64,000 nt of DNA. It comes from Laetmonice hystrix. Taxonomy: Eukaryota. The stretch is taken from positions 9,052,001 through 9,116,000 of the forward strand of contig OZ249440.1 of assembly GCA_965235115.1 (NCBI GenBank), read 5' to 3'. Under the pieces are notes generated by a model. The model had not been told where the DNA came from. It saw nothing but the letters and a program-made list of their open reading frames with translations, and did no database searches. Position numbers and translations under genes: made by a program. Positions 1 to 12,323 of the stretch are shown here, piece by piece. Numbering within the stretch: position 1 is the stretch's first letter; each line of letters opens with the position of its first letter.

Positions 1-346
1 CAAGAACCTTCTTGGTCAGGGCCCCGTTTGGCAAAACTTACTTATTGCTGAAGCTTAAAGCCACCCATGACTATCTCAAAGTAACAAAATCAACCTTAAT
101 TTGGATAGAGGCATCAGCACCCTGGGAGTCGCCTGTGTAAGGCATACCAACACTTTGCCGAGTCAAAAATTGCCTTTTTTTGTATGGTCAAATCTACTCA
201 ATTCAGACGTTGTTTACGTCGCCATTTTCTACCAGTTTGAAATTTTCGTTGACTTCCACATCATCGATCACGTGATGGGGATTCCTTGGTGGGTCATCGT
301 TATTGACAATGACAGGTCAACTAATTTGTCAACCAGATTCCTCAAT

Positions 347-462
347 TTCTGTGGGTATACATTCATGATTAATTTATGTAGTCTAAGGCCTTATCTAACC
401 CAACATCTCATGCGTTCATTTTGGAGTCATTGAAATAAGAGATAATGATGATGTGCTTTAAG
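347..462 (-). repeat. Dispersed repeat copy A, diverged homologue of 11985-12094; possible decayed coding fragment
   Basis: Aligns by eye over about 110 bp with 11985-12094, including an exact 18-mer TTTTGGAGTCATTGAAAT (419-436 and 12051-12068) and the blocks TTCTGTGGGTA and GCCTTATCT. The minus-strand peptide ISYFNDSK..DKALD..NVYPQK is shared with copy B. Confidence 0.8.
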
Positions 463-1510
463 TTTAACGCATGTAACGCTGGTCTACTTAAGTCGGTTGG
501 CTATAAGAAATAAGCGTCTTTGAAAATGACATCTGAAGGAGTGTGTCCAGCGTGCAAGTTTTGTCCTTGAACTTTGTGGAGGACAGACGGCTGAAGATGT
601 CCCTGTGTGTATGGGAATTCAACCTTTGGTTGGCCGACTGTAGAACCAGAGGAACTCTAGCTGACAGTGAGTCCCAGTGGGTCCCAGACTCCCTCCACAT
701 GAAAACGGAACACTTTGAAACGTGCACATATTGTGTCAACAATACCGATAGGGACCGAAAGGTATGGTAATTTATTCCCCTCAACATGAAGAAGATTTCT
801 CCACGAGAAGAGTTGGAGATGAGGAGGGGGCTGCCCCCCCCCCCAACCCTCCTACACACAATAGGTGACTTTAGTGGTCCTTGGCTCGCCAGCTGTCCAC
901 TTCCCACAGGCCTGCCACGCCCTGTGCCATCTCTCTCCACATCTCCATCATAAATCCTCCACCCTCCCTCCACCAATAACTCTTTGATGTCGCCATCCCC
1001 GGGTCGTCTTACTTTCATCTCGCTGAAGCATATGGATGGAATTGACTTCGCCTCGTCGACTGTTTTCTTATGATAAATACTAATTGGATCTGTGGCCAGT
1101 TTATCAGAGACAACCAGTGATTTGGATAGCGAGGGAAAAGGGCCGCGGAACGATTACAGATCGTAGTGGTGTGAAGGGTACGCTGAGGGTGAGAATTAGT
1201 GGGAAAGATTGGGGGGGGGGGCTCCTACAATAGGAGGCGGGTCGTACGAAGGGGTATCAACCCCCAACCGATCCCTCTGGTAAGGGCAGGGATTTTGGTT
1301 ATATTTAGCTTAAGGTTAGCCATATCGTTTTTGGGTCGATCGACGGCTCGGAGAGAAATATTCAGATCCCTTCAAATAAATAAATGGCACCGATTGTTAT
1401 CTTTATGAATACATGATTACTTGTAACACCTGTTGGAGTGTTGTGTACTATATGTGGCAGTACCTTGCCTCATGCCTACAGGGCTCAGTTTATCAAATTT
1501 GAGTTCTTAC

Positions 1511-1574
1511 TTAAGCTTAACGCTTCTGATTGGCTGGTCTGATTAGACCAGCCAATCAAAGGCGTTAAGCTTAA
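1511..1574. repeat. Near-perfect palindrome/hairpin (30-bp arms, 4-nt loop); possible foldback MITE remnant
   Basis: TTAAGCTTAACGCTTCTGATTGGCTGGTCT-gatt-AGACCAGCCAATCAAAGGCGTTAAGCTTAA; 28 of 30 positions complementary; both ends are TTAA. Confidence 0.9.
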
Positions 1575-1636
1575 ACGTAAGCAAGAATTGAAGCTTTCGA
1601 AACTTGGCCTTGAGAAGGATCAGGGGATTCCTGTTA

Positions 1637-1691
1637 GTTTGCGGAAAATTCCAGCGGGTTTGTGGAAAATTCCTGCGAGTTTGCGGAAAAT
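1637..1691. repeat. 21-bp tandem repeat, about 2.6 copies
   Basis: GTTTG(C/T)GGAAAAT starts at 1637, 1658 and 1679. Confidence 0.8.
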
Positions 1692-4600
1692 AGACCAGTC
1701 CCTTATTTCTGTTAGCCTGGAGGAGTGTACCATTATAAATCTGAGATATATATACCATCCCTTACATGTGGCCCTCAAAACGGGTTCACAAACAGAAGAT
1801 AAAAGTGTTAGGGGTTTATTTAATGTTAGGGGTTTATTTAACATTCTCCTAAGGACTGAACTGTAACAGCTTTACAGTGAATCGATGTCAAGCCGTTTTT
1901 TCTGAAAGATCCAAGGTTCTAGTTTGGTGCTAAATGACTGCGTTTCCTGTACACGTAACGATCTGTGTGAGTTGTGTGAGTGCACCAATGCGTTGTGACA
2001 GTTGTGTGCGTGGATCGATACTGGGTGATGGGTGGATTTCGAAAACAACACGCTCACTTCCAGGTACGGAGTTGATCCATACGAGTTGAAGTTAGAACAA
2101 AGTTTTGAGTAGACAATCGATGCTCATATAACGCAGGGCCTGGTGTTGGCAGCATGGAGTATGCCTGATAATGAAAGAGAAGCGGTGAAAGCAAAGGGTT
2201 CCGATTACATCAGAGACAAATGATAGCTTCCTCCAAGGATGTAATAGGAAAACATTATTGTCTTCTCCACAAACGGATGATTAGAAGCCAGGCTCTATTT
2301 TGCATTGATTACAAGGCAAAACCGGGCCAACATTGTGCGAGTGAGCACTCTGATAACTAGTTACGATTCGATCAAACAAAAAAGGAGTATCCCTTGAAGA
2401 ATAGAGTACCCAGAACGCACTTAGCATATATCTCAGTTTTTGTTAACCTAAATTGGGTGTGAATGCATATTGTGAGTATATGATTGTAGTTTGGAGGCGA
2501 GTAGGTGAGGATGGCTGCAGTCGTACGTGGACCTTGTGTGATTCACGGTCGGAATCTGCATTCACACGTTCATGGTTAGAGAGATGGAGAGAGGGGCGGG
2601 GTACATACCTGGCTGGCTCTTGCCTCGGTCCCTGTCAACATATATTTTTAATCAATATTCGACCTCTTTTTGTCTTTTTTTAGCTGTTCCCTGCACTGTT
2701 GTACCTTTAATGTCAAATACAGTCATGTGTATCAGGTTTCAGGTAATGTGTATCATGGTAATGGACTCACGATTGGATATGTAATGTCTGTCCCATCCCC
2801 TAAAGCCTCATCTTCTCTTATAGTTGAAATCTTTGCCTTTTCAATCTCCTATTGATTAGTGTCTGGCTAGTGAGCCCACGTCCACTGGTAGTTGCACTCA
2901 CTCCTGTATTCACAGTTACTGTTAACACATGGGACAGACTTTAATGTCTCATGTGATATAGCCAGTATCGTGATATGTCACTTTAATCGGTTCTCTCCGA
3001 ACATTGCTGCTATTAATCCATCCTCTATGGGACTTTTTTGCAAACTGTGATTATTCTTTCCTAATCTATGGCCTGCACTCTATTACTTGACTTGGCAGGT
3101 GCTGAAAAAGAGACCTAAATAACCATTGAAGTATTCCTTCGTCTCATCAGTAGAAAGATGGGCGATTTCCTATTCAGATTATGAGAGGCAGAGCTTAATT
3201 GGATAAATGCAAAACCGCATCCTTACAGCGGCGAGATGACGGGAGTTCTTGACCTACTTCTACGTCTTCTTTCGGCGGCCGTTACGAATAATATGTGAAT
3301 CTACAGGAACAATGTATGTTAGTCTGCCGTGCAGCGATAAAAATAACCAAAGGCTTGTGTTGATATGGAAGCGTGTTTTTCCATCCAATTAGAACGTGAA
3401 GTTTGGTTCAGTAGAACCTAACTGAGCAGTAGATTATGGGGATCAGTGGAAACTGAAGACACGTTCGAATCTGATGACGACACAATGTGGGCAGACGACA
3501 GTTTTGTCCGCATTGAGACTTAGATAGTGATTAGAGCAGTTTGGCTCATTGTCGTTTGCTTAGCAATGAGCAGCGTCAAACGCTCCTCGGAAAAGACGTA
3601 GCGTTTCTTTGGCGGTGGCGGACGAATAGATGTCTAATTATAGACGCAGTACTTTGGTTCTCCCAACATAAGGAACTGGCAATAACCGCTGACGTGGATT
3701 CATTTGGTTCGGGGGAAAACTATGCTTGATTTATTTTAATGGTCGCAACGGTGATGAAATAAGTCATTTGATTGAGGCATCTGTGTTGATTTAGACATGG
3801 TTTGTGGCTTTAATAAGGTTTGTGGCTTTTTTTTTGGGGGGGGGGGATCATTGTCATCGGGCTAGATGGGAAGCGGAGGGGGTACCCAAAGTGAGGTCGT
3901 GACGACATAGTCTCAGACTGATCTACCGTCAGGGGGCGCCTTGCTTGCTCGCCCACACACTATGTGACGACTAACAATTGCGTAAGGAATCTAGATTGTG
4001 TTCAATCACAGTTAGAATTACCTACCCCCGGTCTCGCGCACCCAATGCTACCGAGATGGTAATCCCTTTTGAAAATAAAAGAAATTTAATTTTATCAGGC
4101 AATTGCTGCGTGGACGGTGCCGTGCGGATGATTTGAAATGACAGGAATGTGGGCATGATAACAAATTGGAAAATTATCTTGAAACATTGTGACGATAGAT
4201 TACACGATAACGGAAGGAAAATGAATTTTGTGTGAAATGACTGAATTGTTTAATGGATTTCAGAGGGAACCTCAACTCCACATCCAGGCTGACCTGGATT
4301 TAATGAAAGCATAAATTCTCTTTTAATCAATGAGGCCTGGGTCGGTTAATGGTATTCACTCCTAAGCGACGTTGTGACATTTTTTCTCCTCAGTCCTCTT
4401 ACAAAACTCTTTGTCACATTAAAAGTATGAATGCCTGAAGGGTGGCTAATGGTTTTGTTTTTTTGTACGAATCCATGGCACTGACGGTAGAACCTTCAAA
4501 GGGTGACCTCCATAGCAGGATTGTCAAGGTTATCCCAAGGTCGAAAGAGAGCCACGGTCATTTCGGTCATAATTCATCTGGAAACAAAATTTGGAAGTAA

Positions 4601-6693
4601 TGTGAAGAGAGATATTGGACGAAATGAAAAGAATGTTGAGTGTTTGGGGGGGGGGGGGTCCCGGTTGGGTGGACAGAGACTGCCCATTATCCACCAAGTT
4701 TCTATTTTCACCAGAGAACCTCATCTGTTATGAATCGGTTAATCAAAGAGGTGTTTCCGGCGTGTTCAATCAGAGGGAAAAGTGTGAAAGAAGCCGAAAT
4801 TATTCATGGTTTGTGTGAAAAGAATCAGAAATGAGCTGAACGTGTGGAGACTGTGCGTGGGGGTAGGGGCGACGGAAAGTTCTTAACGGCCGCCCAAAGT
4901 CAGCACAACGCCCGCCAGTTTTCCAATGTTGGGTTTCCAATGAAAGGCAGCCAGAATGCGCGCCCTGAAGGGAGTGATTGGTTATGAGAATTGTATAACG
5001 CAATTGGAGGAAGGAGCCGAGGCGGGCAGTGATGGAGTCCCAGCCGAACGATAACTATGTATGATATGGGTTGGCATTGTAAGCTTGTCAATGGGTCATC
5101 GGGTTGTCATTGCAGGCTTGTCAATGGGTCACTGGTTTGCCGACCGGCTGAGGCCGCTGGGGCTGTTTTGACCCAAGCTGGGGCCAACTAGTGGCTGCCG
5201 ATGGAACCGCCCACCATATCAACAATGGGTCTCCCAAGCACCCCTATGCATACCTGTAATTTGTCAAAGGAGACCGGCAAGAAAAAAAATCTGCTTTGAA
5301 GGCAATCAGTGCAGTGCCTCATGTAAAGCCGAACCCATTCAGGAAGTGGATGAATGGATAAGACCAACAGGAGGAGGAAAAAGGGGGTAAATTAATAGAA
5401 TAAGTGCAAAAAGGAGGTGATGGGAGGAGGGCAAAGCTCAATTACAGTTGGGAGGTTGGTGGGAGTTGGACAGCTGTCAGAACTGGGAGACAGAGATGGG
5501 GCGAGTATCGTGGACTGGTGTGCCGACTGATAGCGAGACGGCTCGGCTTACTAGAGTCTGTTATCGGTGCGGGCGATGATAAGACCGACCGACGGGTGGG
5601 GGAGGGGGCGGGGGGAGGGCCCGTACTCCAGCCTCCCCCCCCCCCCAACTGTCAGCGGCTACCAGACCAGCGCCATACCCGCTGTACCTGACCCGGTGCA
5701 GGGATGGGACCAGGCTTTGATAGACAGGCCCCGTCCATGCCGTCTGATAAGCCGGTCTCTGCCACGCCGCCTTTTTTTGTAGTAGTTGTTATTATCTCCC
5801 CCCCCCCCCTCCCAGGTCTCCGCTCAAAATGACCGTTTGTTTTTTCCTCCGATAACTGTGTCGTTAAATAAGGAGACGACTGGCTGTAGCTCAGCGCACA
5901 CAATGGACGGGATCGATAGGGAAGCTTTACAATGGGTTGTTTTTTGGGATGTTTACCAACAGAGCTTTACCGACATGATGGCGTTAACCGTTGGCGGTCA
6001 TTGTGCTCCGTTCACCGTCAGAACAGGTTGATGTTGGGTAGTGTGTTGCTCAGAGCGCCGGTCCGGACCAGGCAGGTCAAAGGCAGTGCGGAGGATATTT
6101 CCAACGGTTGCTTGCCAGCTTTGCGTGTGATGTCCTGATTCGATTTGAGGAGACCAGCGAGATGAGCGGAGATCGAGCGGGCAGGCCCGGTTTTGAAGTT
6201 AGCAATTGCATCAAATCAACTGTTGAATCATCTGTGTGAAACAGGTGCCGATATTTTGCCACTGGTGAGGCCTTGGCCACACGGGCAGGGGGGAGGGGTG
6301 GGGGTTCTGGAGGTCAGCTCTTCGCCTCATCAAAGTATCCAGATTGCTCCAAGTAGGTCACGCTCTGAGATTTGGCGGCAACAGGTCGGATTCTGGGCTT
6401 GGCCGCACTGGGTCACGTCTTTGGAGTGGCCTCATTAGGTTACTTGTTTGAGATTGGCCTCATCAGGTCACGTCTTTGGATTGGCATCACTAGATCATGC
6501 TCCATGATTGGCCTCCGCCGGGGCCGTCACGTCTTGCGCCAAGAGTCGTAAGTCGAATGATCTGTTGGTTGTCATGGTGGGCCTGACCCAAAGGTTGCAG
6601 GCGACAGGCCTCTGTGGTTGACATGGTGGACCATAGGAGTAGCAGTGGTGACTGCATGGGGTCTTCTTGATACAACTCGGAAACCTGCGCCGC

Positions 6694-6701
6694 CAGCAGC
6701 A

Positions 6702-6756
<55 letters not shown>

Positions 6757-6765
6757 CAACAGCAG
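6694..6765 (+). repeat. CAG/CAA trinucleotide microsatellite, 24 triplets
   Basis: 21 CAG plus 3 CAA, followed immediately by TAG at 6766-6768. Confidence 0.97.
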
Positions 6766-7406
6766 TAGGCTGCAGTTTCATTAAAGAGGACCACTTCCAG
6801 CGGACTCGGGCCTAGCAATGTAGCAGCAGTCTGGCAGAGAGTCTGGAGAAGAAAGGAGCGAGCGAGCAGTCCGGGCCGCCGCCTCCCCCCACCACAGTCC
6901 CGGCTCGGTGACACACCGCGGTATGTGCTCGGACACGGTGACAACGGTATGACCTTTAACCCCACACAACACGCTAACAAGCTCGCCTGTGGAGGCTACT
7001 TCTGCTGCTGTCTTGGCCAGGTAACAACAACATAGTCACACTTATACCAATCAGCTTTCATGACCTTCGGAGTGGAGGCGACCCCTGAGAGAGAGCTTTT
7101 ATGGCGGGGCATTCTTCAAGAGGGATATTATTGTGGTAGGTCTTTCTGATGTTCTTGTTGGTCGGACTTAGCAGTGGCTGTTTGACGAGTTCTTGTTGTG
7201 TGCGTCAGCATTCAGTGGTGTGGATCCCATGAAAGAGTGTAAGCAAGGATGGTGGAACTTTAACAAGCAGTCAGAAGGGGAAACCCACAGGGTACCCCAA
7301 AAAGTGGCAAGTAATTGAAAAACTTGCTCAATTACACCACGAATGGGATTCAGTCTTCAGCATTGAGGGTCAACTGCATGTGATCACAAGGTCCTGCCAA
7401 TGCTGT

Positions 7407-7798
7407 GTGGCCCTGTCGGATGTGACCCATGTCAGTGTGGGCCTGCTAGAGTTGACCCATGTCAGTATGGGCGTGCTGGAGTTGACCCATGCCAGTATGG
7501 GCGTGCTGGAGTTGACCCATGCCAGTGTGGCCCTGTCGGATGTGACCCATGTCAGTGTGGGCCTGCTGGAGTTGACCCATGTCAGTGTGAGCCTGCTGGA
7601 GTTGACCCATGTCAGTGTGAGCCTGCTGGAGTTGACCCATACCAGTGTGGGCCTGCTGGAGTTGACCCATGTCAGTGTGAGCCTGCTGGAGTTGACCCAT
7701 GTCAGTGTGAGCCTGCTGGAGTTGACCCATGCCAGTATGGGCGTGCTGGAGTTGACCCATGCCAGTGTGGCCTGTCGGATGTGACCCATGTCAGTGTG
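7407..7798. repeat. 30-bp minisatellite, about 13 copies
   Basis: Unit approximately GTGGGCCTGCTGGAGTTGACCCATGTCAGT, with variants GTGGCCCTGTCGGATGTGACC and ATGGGCGTG. Explains ORFs 7370, 7380, 7400 and 7446. Confidence 0.97.
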
Positions 7799-8112
7799 AC
7801 TCATATTGTTGTGGAGGTGGGCCCGGCTGACGATGGAGCCATGTACCACGCCCTATGAGTGTCGATGTGGTCAGATGGTCAGAGTCAGTTGTCCTGGCGG
7901 TGCCACGAGAGGGGTGTGGTGCGCTAGTGGGGGGAGGGGGGGGCGTTACAGAGGGAGGGGTCCAACCACGTGGTCCCCGCCCATCATCGATACGGGTCAT
8001 ACACCTGCCTTGATCCACCAGTGGTGGTTGGCTGCAGGCGACCGGCCAGGCCCTGACATAACTCCATTTTTAAAATACTTGCGCGTTTCGCTCGAACCGG
8101 AAATTTACCATG

Positions 8113-10590
8113 GAGTCATCAGTGGTGGTACCCGGCCTCGAGGACAGCCGCCACATCAGTGATGTCTGGGGGACCACAGATAGTGAGTCACCAGTGGTGG
8201 TACTCGGTCTCTAGGACAGCCACCAGGTCAGTGATGTCTGGGGGACCACAGATAGTGAGTCACCAGTGGTGGTACTCTTGTCTCTAGGACAGCCACCATA
8301 TCAGTGATGTCTGGGGGCACAGATAGTGAGTCACCAGTGGTGGTACTCGGTCTCTAGGACAGCCACCACATCAGTGATGTCTGGGGGACCACAGCTAGTG
8401 AGTCACCAGTGGTGGTACTCGGTCTCTAGGACGGCCGCCACATCAGTGATGTCTGGGGGGCACAGATAGTGAGTCACAAGTGGTGGTACTCGGTCTCTAG
8501 GACAGCCACCACATCAGTGATGTCTGGGGGACCACAGGTAGTGAGTCACCAGTGGTGGTACTCGGTCTCTAGGACAGCCACCACATCAGTGATGTCTGGG
8601 GGACCACAGCTAGTGAGTCACCAGTGGTGGTACTCGGTCTCTAGGACGGCCGCCACATCAGTGATGTCTGGGGGACCACAGCTAGTGAGTCACCAGTGGT
8701 GGTACTCGGTCTCTAGGACAGCCACCACATCAGTGATGTCTGGGGGACCACAGATAGTGAGTCACCAGTGGTGGTACTCGGTCTCTAGGACAGCCACCAC
8801 ATCAGTGATGTCTGGGGGCCCACAGATAGTGAGTCACCAGTGGTGGTACTCGGTCTCTAGGACAGCCGCCACATCAGTGATGTCTGGGGGGCCACAGATA
8901 GTGAGTCACCAGTGGTGGTACTCGGTCTCTAGGACGGCCGCCACATCAGTGATGTCTGGGGGGCCACAGATAGTGAGTCACCAGTGGTGGTACTCGGTCT
9001 CTAGGACGGCCGCCACATCAGTGATGTCTGGGGGGCACAGATAGTGAGTCACCAGTGGTGGTACTGGGTCTCTAGGACAGCCACCACGTCAGTGATGTCT
9101 GGGGGCACAGATAGTGAGTCACCAGTGGCGGTACTCGGTCTCTAGGACAGCCGCCACATCAGTGATGTCTGGGGGACCACAGATAGTGAGTCACCAGTGG
9201 TGGTACTCGGTCTCTAGGACAGCCGCCACATCAGTGATGTCTGGGGGCACAGATAGTGAGTCACCAGTGGTGGTACTCGGTCTGTAGGACGGCCACCACG
9301 TCAGTGATGTCTGTGGGACCACAGATAGTGAGTCACCAGTGGTGGTACTCGGTCTCTAGGACAGCCACCACATCAGTGATGTCTGGGGGACCACAGATAG
9401 TGAGTCACCAGTGGTGGTACTCGGTCTCTAGGACAGCCACCACATCAGTGATGTCTGGGGGACCACAGATAGTGAGTCACCAGTGGTGGTACTCTGTCTC
9501 TAGGACAGCCACCACGTCAGTGATGTCTGGGGGCACAGATAGTGAGTCACCAGTGGTGGTACTCGGTCTCTAGGACAGCCACCACATCAGTGATGTCTGG
9601 GGGCACAGATAGTGAGTCACCAGTGGTGGTACTCGGTCTCTAGGACAGCCACCACATCAGTGATGTCTGGGGGCACAGATAGTGAGTCACCAGTGGTGGT
9701 ACTCGGTCTCTAGGACAGCCACCACATCAGTGATGTCTGGGGGCACAGATAGTGAGTCACCAGTGGTGGTACTCGGTCTCTAGGACAGCCACCACATCAG
9801 TGATGTCTGGGGGCACAGATAGTGAGTCACCAGTGGTGGTACTCGGTCTCTAGGACAGCCACCACATCAGTGATGTCTGGGGGACTACAGATAGTGAGTC
9901 ACCAGTGGTGGTACTCGGTCTCTAGGACAGCCACCACATCAGTGATGTCTGGGGGCACAGATAGTGAGTCACCAGTGGTGGTACTCGGTCTCTAGGACAG
10001 CCACCACATCAGTGATGTCTGGGGGACCACAGCTAGTGAGTCACCAGTGGTGGTACTCGGTCTCTAGGACGGCCACCACATCAGTGATGTCTGGGGGACC
10101 ACAGATAGTGAGTCACCAGTGGTGGTACTCGGTCTCTAGGACGGCCGCCACATCAGTGATGTCTGGGGGCACAGATAGTGAGTCACCAGTGGTGGTACTC
10201 GGTCTCTAGGACGGCCACCACATCAGTGATGTCTGGGGGACCACAGATAGTGAGTCACCAGTGGTGGTACTCGGTCTCTAGGACAGCCACCACATCAGTG
10301 ATGTCTGGGGGACCACAGCTAGTGAGTCACCAGTGGTGGTACTCGGTCTCTAGGACAGCCACCACATCAGTGATGTCTGGGGGCACAGATAGTGAGTCAC
10401 CAGTGGTGGTACTCGGTCTCTAGGACAGCCACCACATCAGTGATGTCTGGGGGACCACAGATAGTGAGTCACCAGTGGTGGTACTCGGTCTCTAGGACGG
10501 CCACCACATCAGTGATGTCTGGGGGCACAGATAGTGAGTCACCAGTGGTGGTACTCGGTCTCTAGGACAGCCACCACATCAGTGATGTCT
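8113..10590. repeat. 72/70-bp minisatellite, about 34 copies
   Basis: Unit GTGATGTCTGGGGGACCACAGATAGTGAGTCACCAGTGGTGGTACTCGGTCTCTAGGACAGCCACCACATCA (72 bp), interspersed with a 70-bp variant (GGGGGCACAG). Confidence 0.98.
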
Positions 10591-11984
10591 GGCCCCCATG
10601 GAGGAGTGACACCGACCGTTCCCCGGGCCACATTAGTGTTGTGTTTGATGTCCGTGCTGAGAACTGGGATGGACGGCCGCACAGCGCTCGCCCGGTTCGG
10701 CCAGGAAGCACACACTAATGCCACTAATGGCACTCAGACGGGGGCTAAAAAGGCAGAAAGTGGCAGCGTGTCTTGTCTAGGGTCCCCAAGGTTCTGTTCT
10801 CGGAGAACTTGGGCAACGCTGGGATTGTGACAGGAAGCCGACACGAACTAGTGCCATCAGTTTCACAGGGTAGAGGTTACTACTAGTCGGGGACGAGGGG
10901 AAGAGGGTTGTTTTTTTTGTTGCTGAGATACATGTAGGATGACTTATGCATACATGGGGAGAGGATTTGTTGAGAGCTCAGCCAATGCAAAAGGAAAGTT
11001 CTGTGCAGATAGTTTTTAACTGTGTGGTTTGGTCATTAGATTGAATTAGAGGGGAGCACCATAGAAATGTCGTAAAAGAAAATCGTATGTGAACTTCTTC
11101 GTCTTATGGAGGGTAGGGCCGGGGTTAGATTTAAATCTGGAAATACGACCTTCTTCATTCGTTCACTTTAACGCTCTTATTCCCGATATTGCCTGACTCG
11201 ATGAAGGCATTACCAAGACATTTCTTTCGCTTGTATTGATGTAATTAAATTACCAACGAGAAGAACGGGAAAATCCTCTATGGTGGAGCCTAATTAGTGT
11301 GACAGTCGCTGACGCAATCAAGATGTTAGGTGAGAAACCTTTTGCTGCCATTATTTCCAAGGGATAATTGACGGCACTTTATACCCAACTGTTGTAGTGA
11401 TGGTGAAGCCAAACAACACCTAAACCACCACCTGCCCACCACAAATCAGATTTGTGGGCAAATCCGACTTGTCCGCGGTTGGCGACGACGATGGCGCAGA
11501 CGACATGGTTGTTTGGGTCGGCGGGCGGTTTAGCGCATGCGGTGTAAAATATGCTATGTTATTTATAGACAGCTTTGGTTGAGCTGCCGAGACAAGCAGG
11601 TGCGTCAGATGGATGGATGGATGATGATGGTGGGTGGTGGCGGTAGCGGGGGGGGGGGGGGGGGTGATGGTGAAAGCTTGGGTTGAAAGACGTAAGGTAT
11701 AGGAAGGCAGATAGTTTACACTGTACAGGCGGTACGTGTATTCTCAACAGATGTTCGTCAATATGCCCGTGATCAAAACATGGATACATATTTTGTATAA
11801 GAGGCGGGCGTTTGGATGGTGTGGCTTCTTTTTTTACTTTGGGACTGAAGTTCATCGGTTCATCGCCCGATGAATTTCATTGGCTGTTTAAGTCAATCCC
11901 AGGCCAACGATTGTGTCAACAACCAGCCATAAGACGATCGCTTCATAGCGAGAACGGGCAAAAACTTCATTAGTTTGATCCATT

Positions 11985-12094
11985 TCTGTGGGTAAACATT
12001 TATTGATTTATTGTCTAAAGCCTTATCTGGCCTAACAGCCCACGTCTGGATTTTGGAGTCATTGAAATGAGAGATGTTCTCTGATTGCTTTAAG
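11985..12094 (-). repeat. Dispersed repeat copy B, diverged homologue of 347-462; possible decayed coding fragment
   Basis: See copy A. The minus frame reads ISHFNDSKIQTWAVRPDKALDNKSINVYPQK with no stop. Confidence 0.8.
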
Positions 12095-12323
12095 GAAAAT
12101 TGAAATATGATCTGTTAAAAACAAAGGGAACCACATTTGGTCTGGGAGAACGTCCTCGGACAAGTTGGGAAAAGGTGAAGTATTCGTCCTCTTTTAGCAC
12201 TTAACCGCATTTATTTTTCTCCACACCGAAAGACCAGCGCATTTCTTGTAGTAATCTTAATTTTCTTAAAGTGGAAGAACAGTTTAAATCATGACGTGGA
12301 AGTCCTTGAAAAGAGAGCACGCT

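Noticed and set aside
3080-3106. LLLDLAGAE resembling kinesin switch II (LVDLAGSE)
   Set aside because: The downstream kinesin consensus is absent and an in-frame stop follows within a few codons.
5900-6300. Protein-like translations at 5.9-6.3 kb
   Set aside because: Two different + frames both look plausible with random-level stop frequency; cannot be supported.
6490-6759. Poly-Leu signal-peptide-like minus ORF
   Set aside because: Antisense reading of the CAG tract; no ATG, and an in-frame stop lies just upstream.
7400-7858. Cys-rich CGPAGVDPCQ ORF as a metallothionein or keratin-associated protein
   Set aside because: It is one reading of the 30-bp minisatellite. It starts at the array edge and is entered only through a frame different from the one open in the upstream flank.
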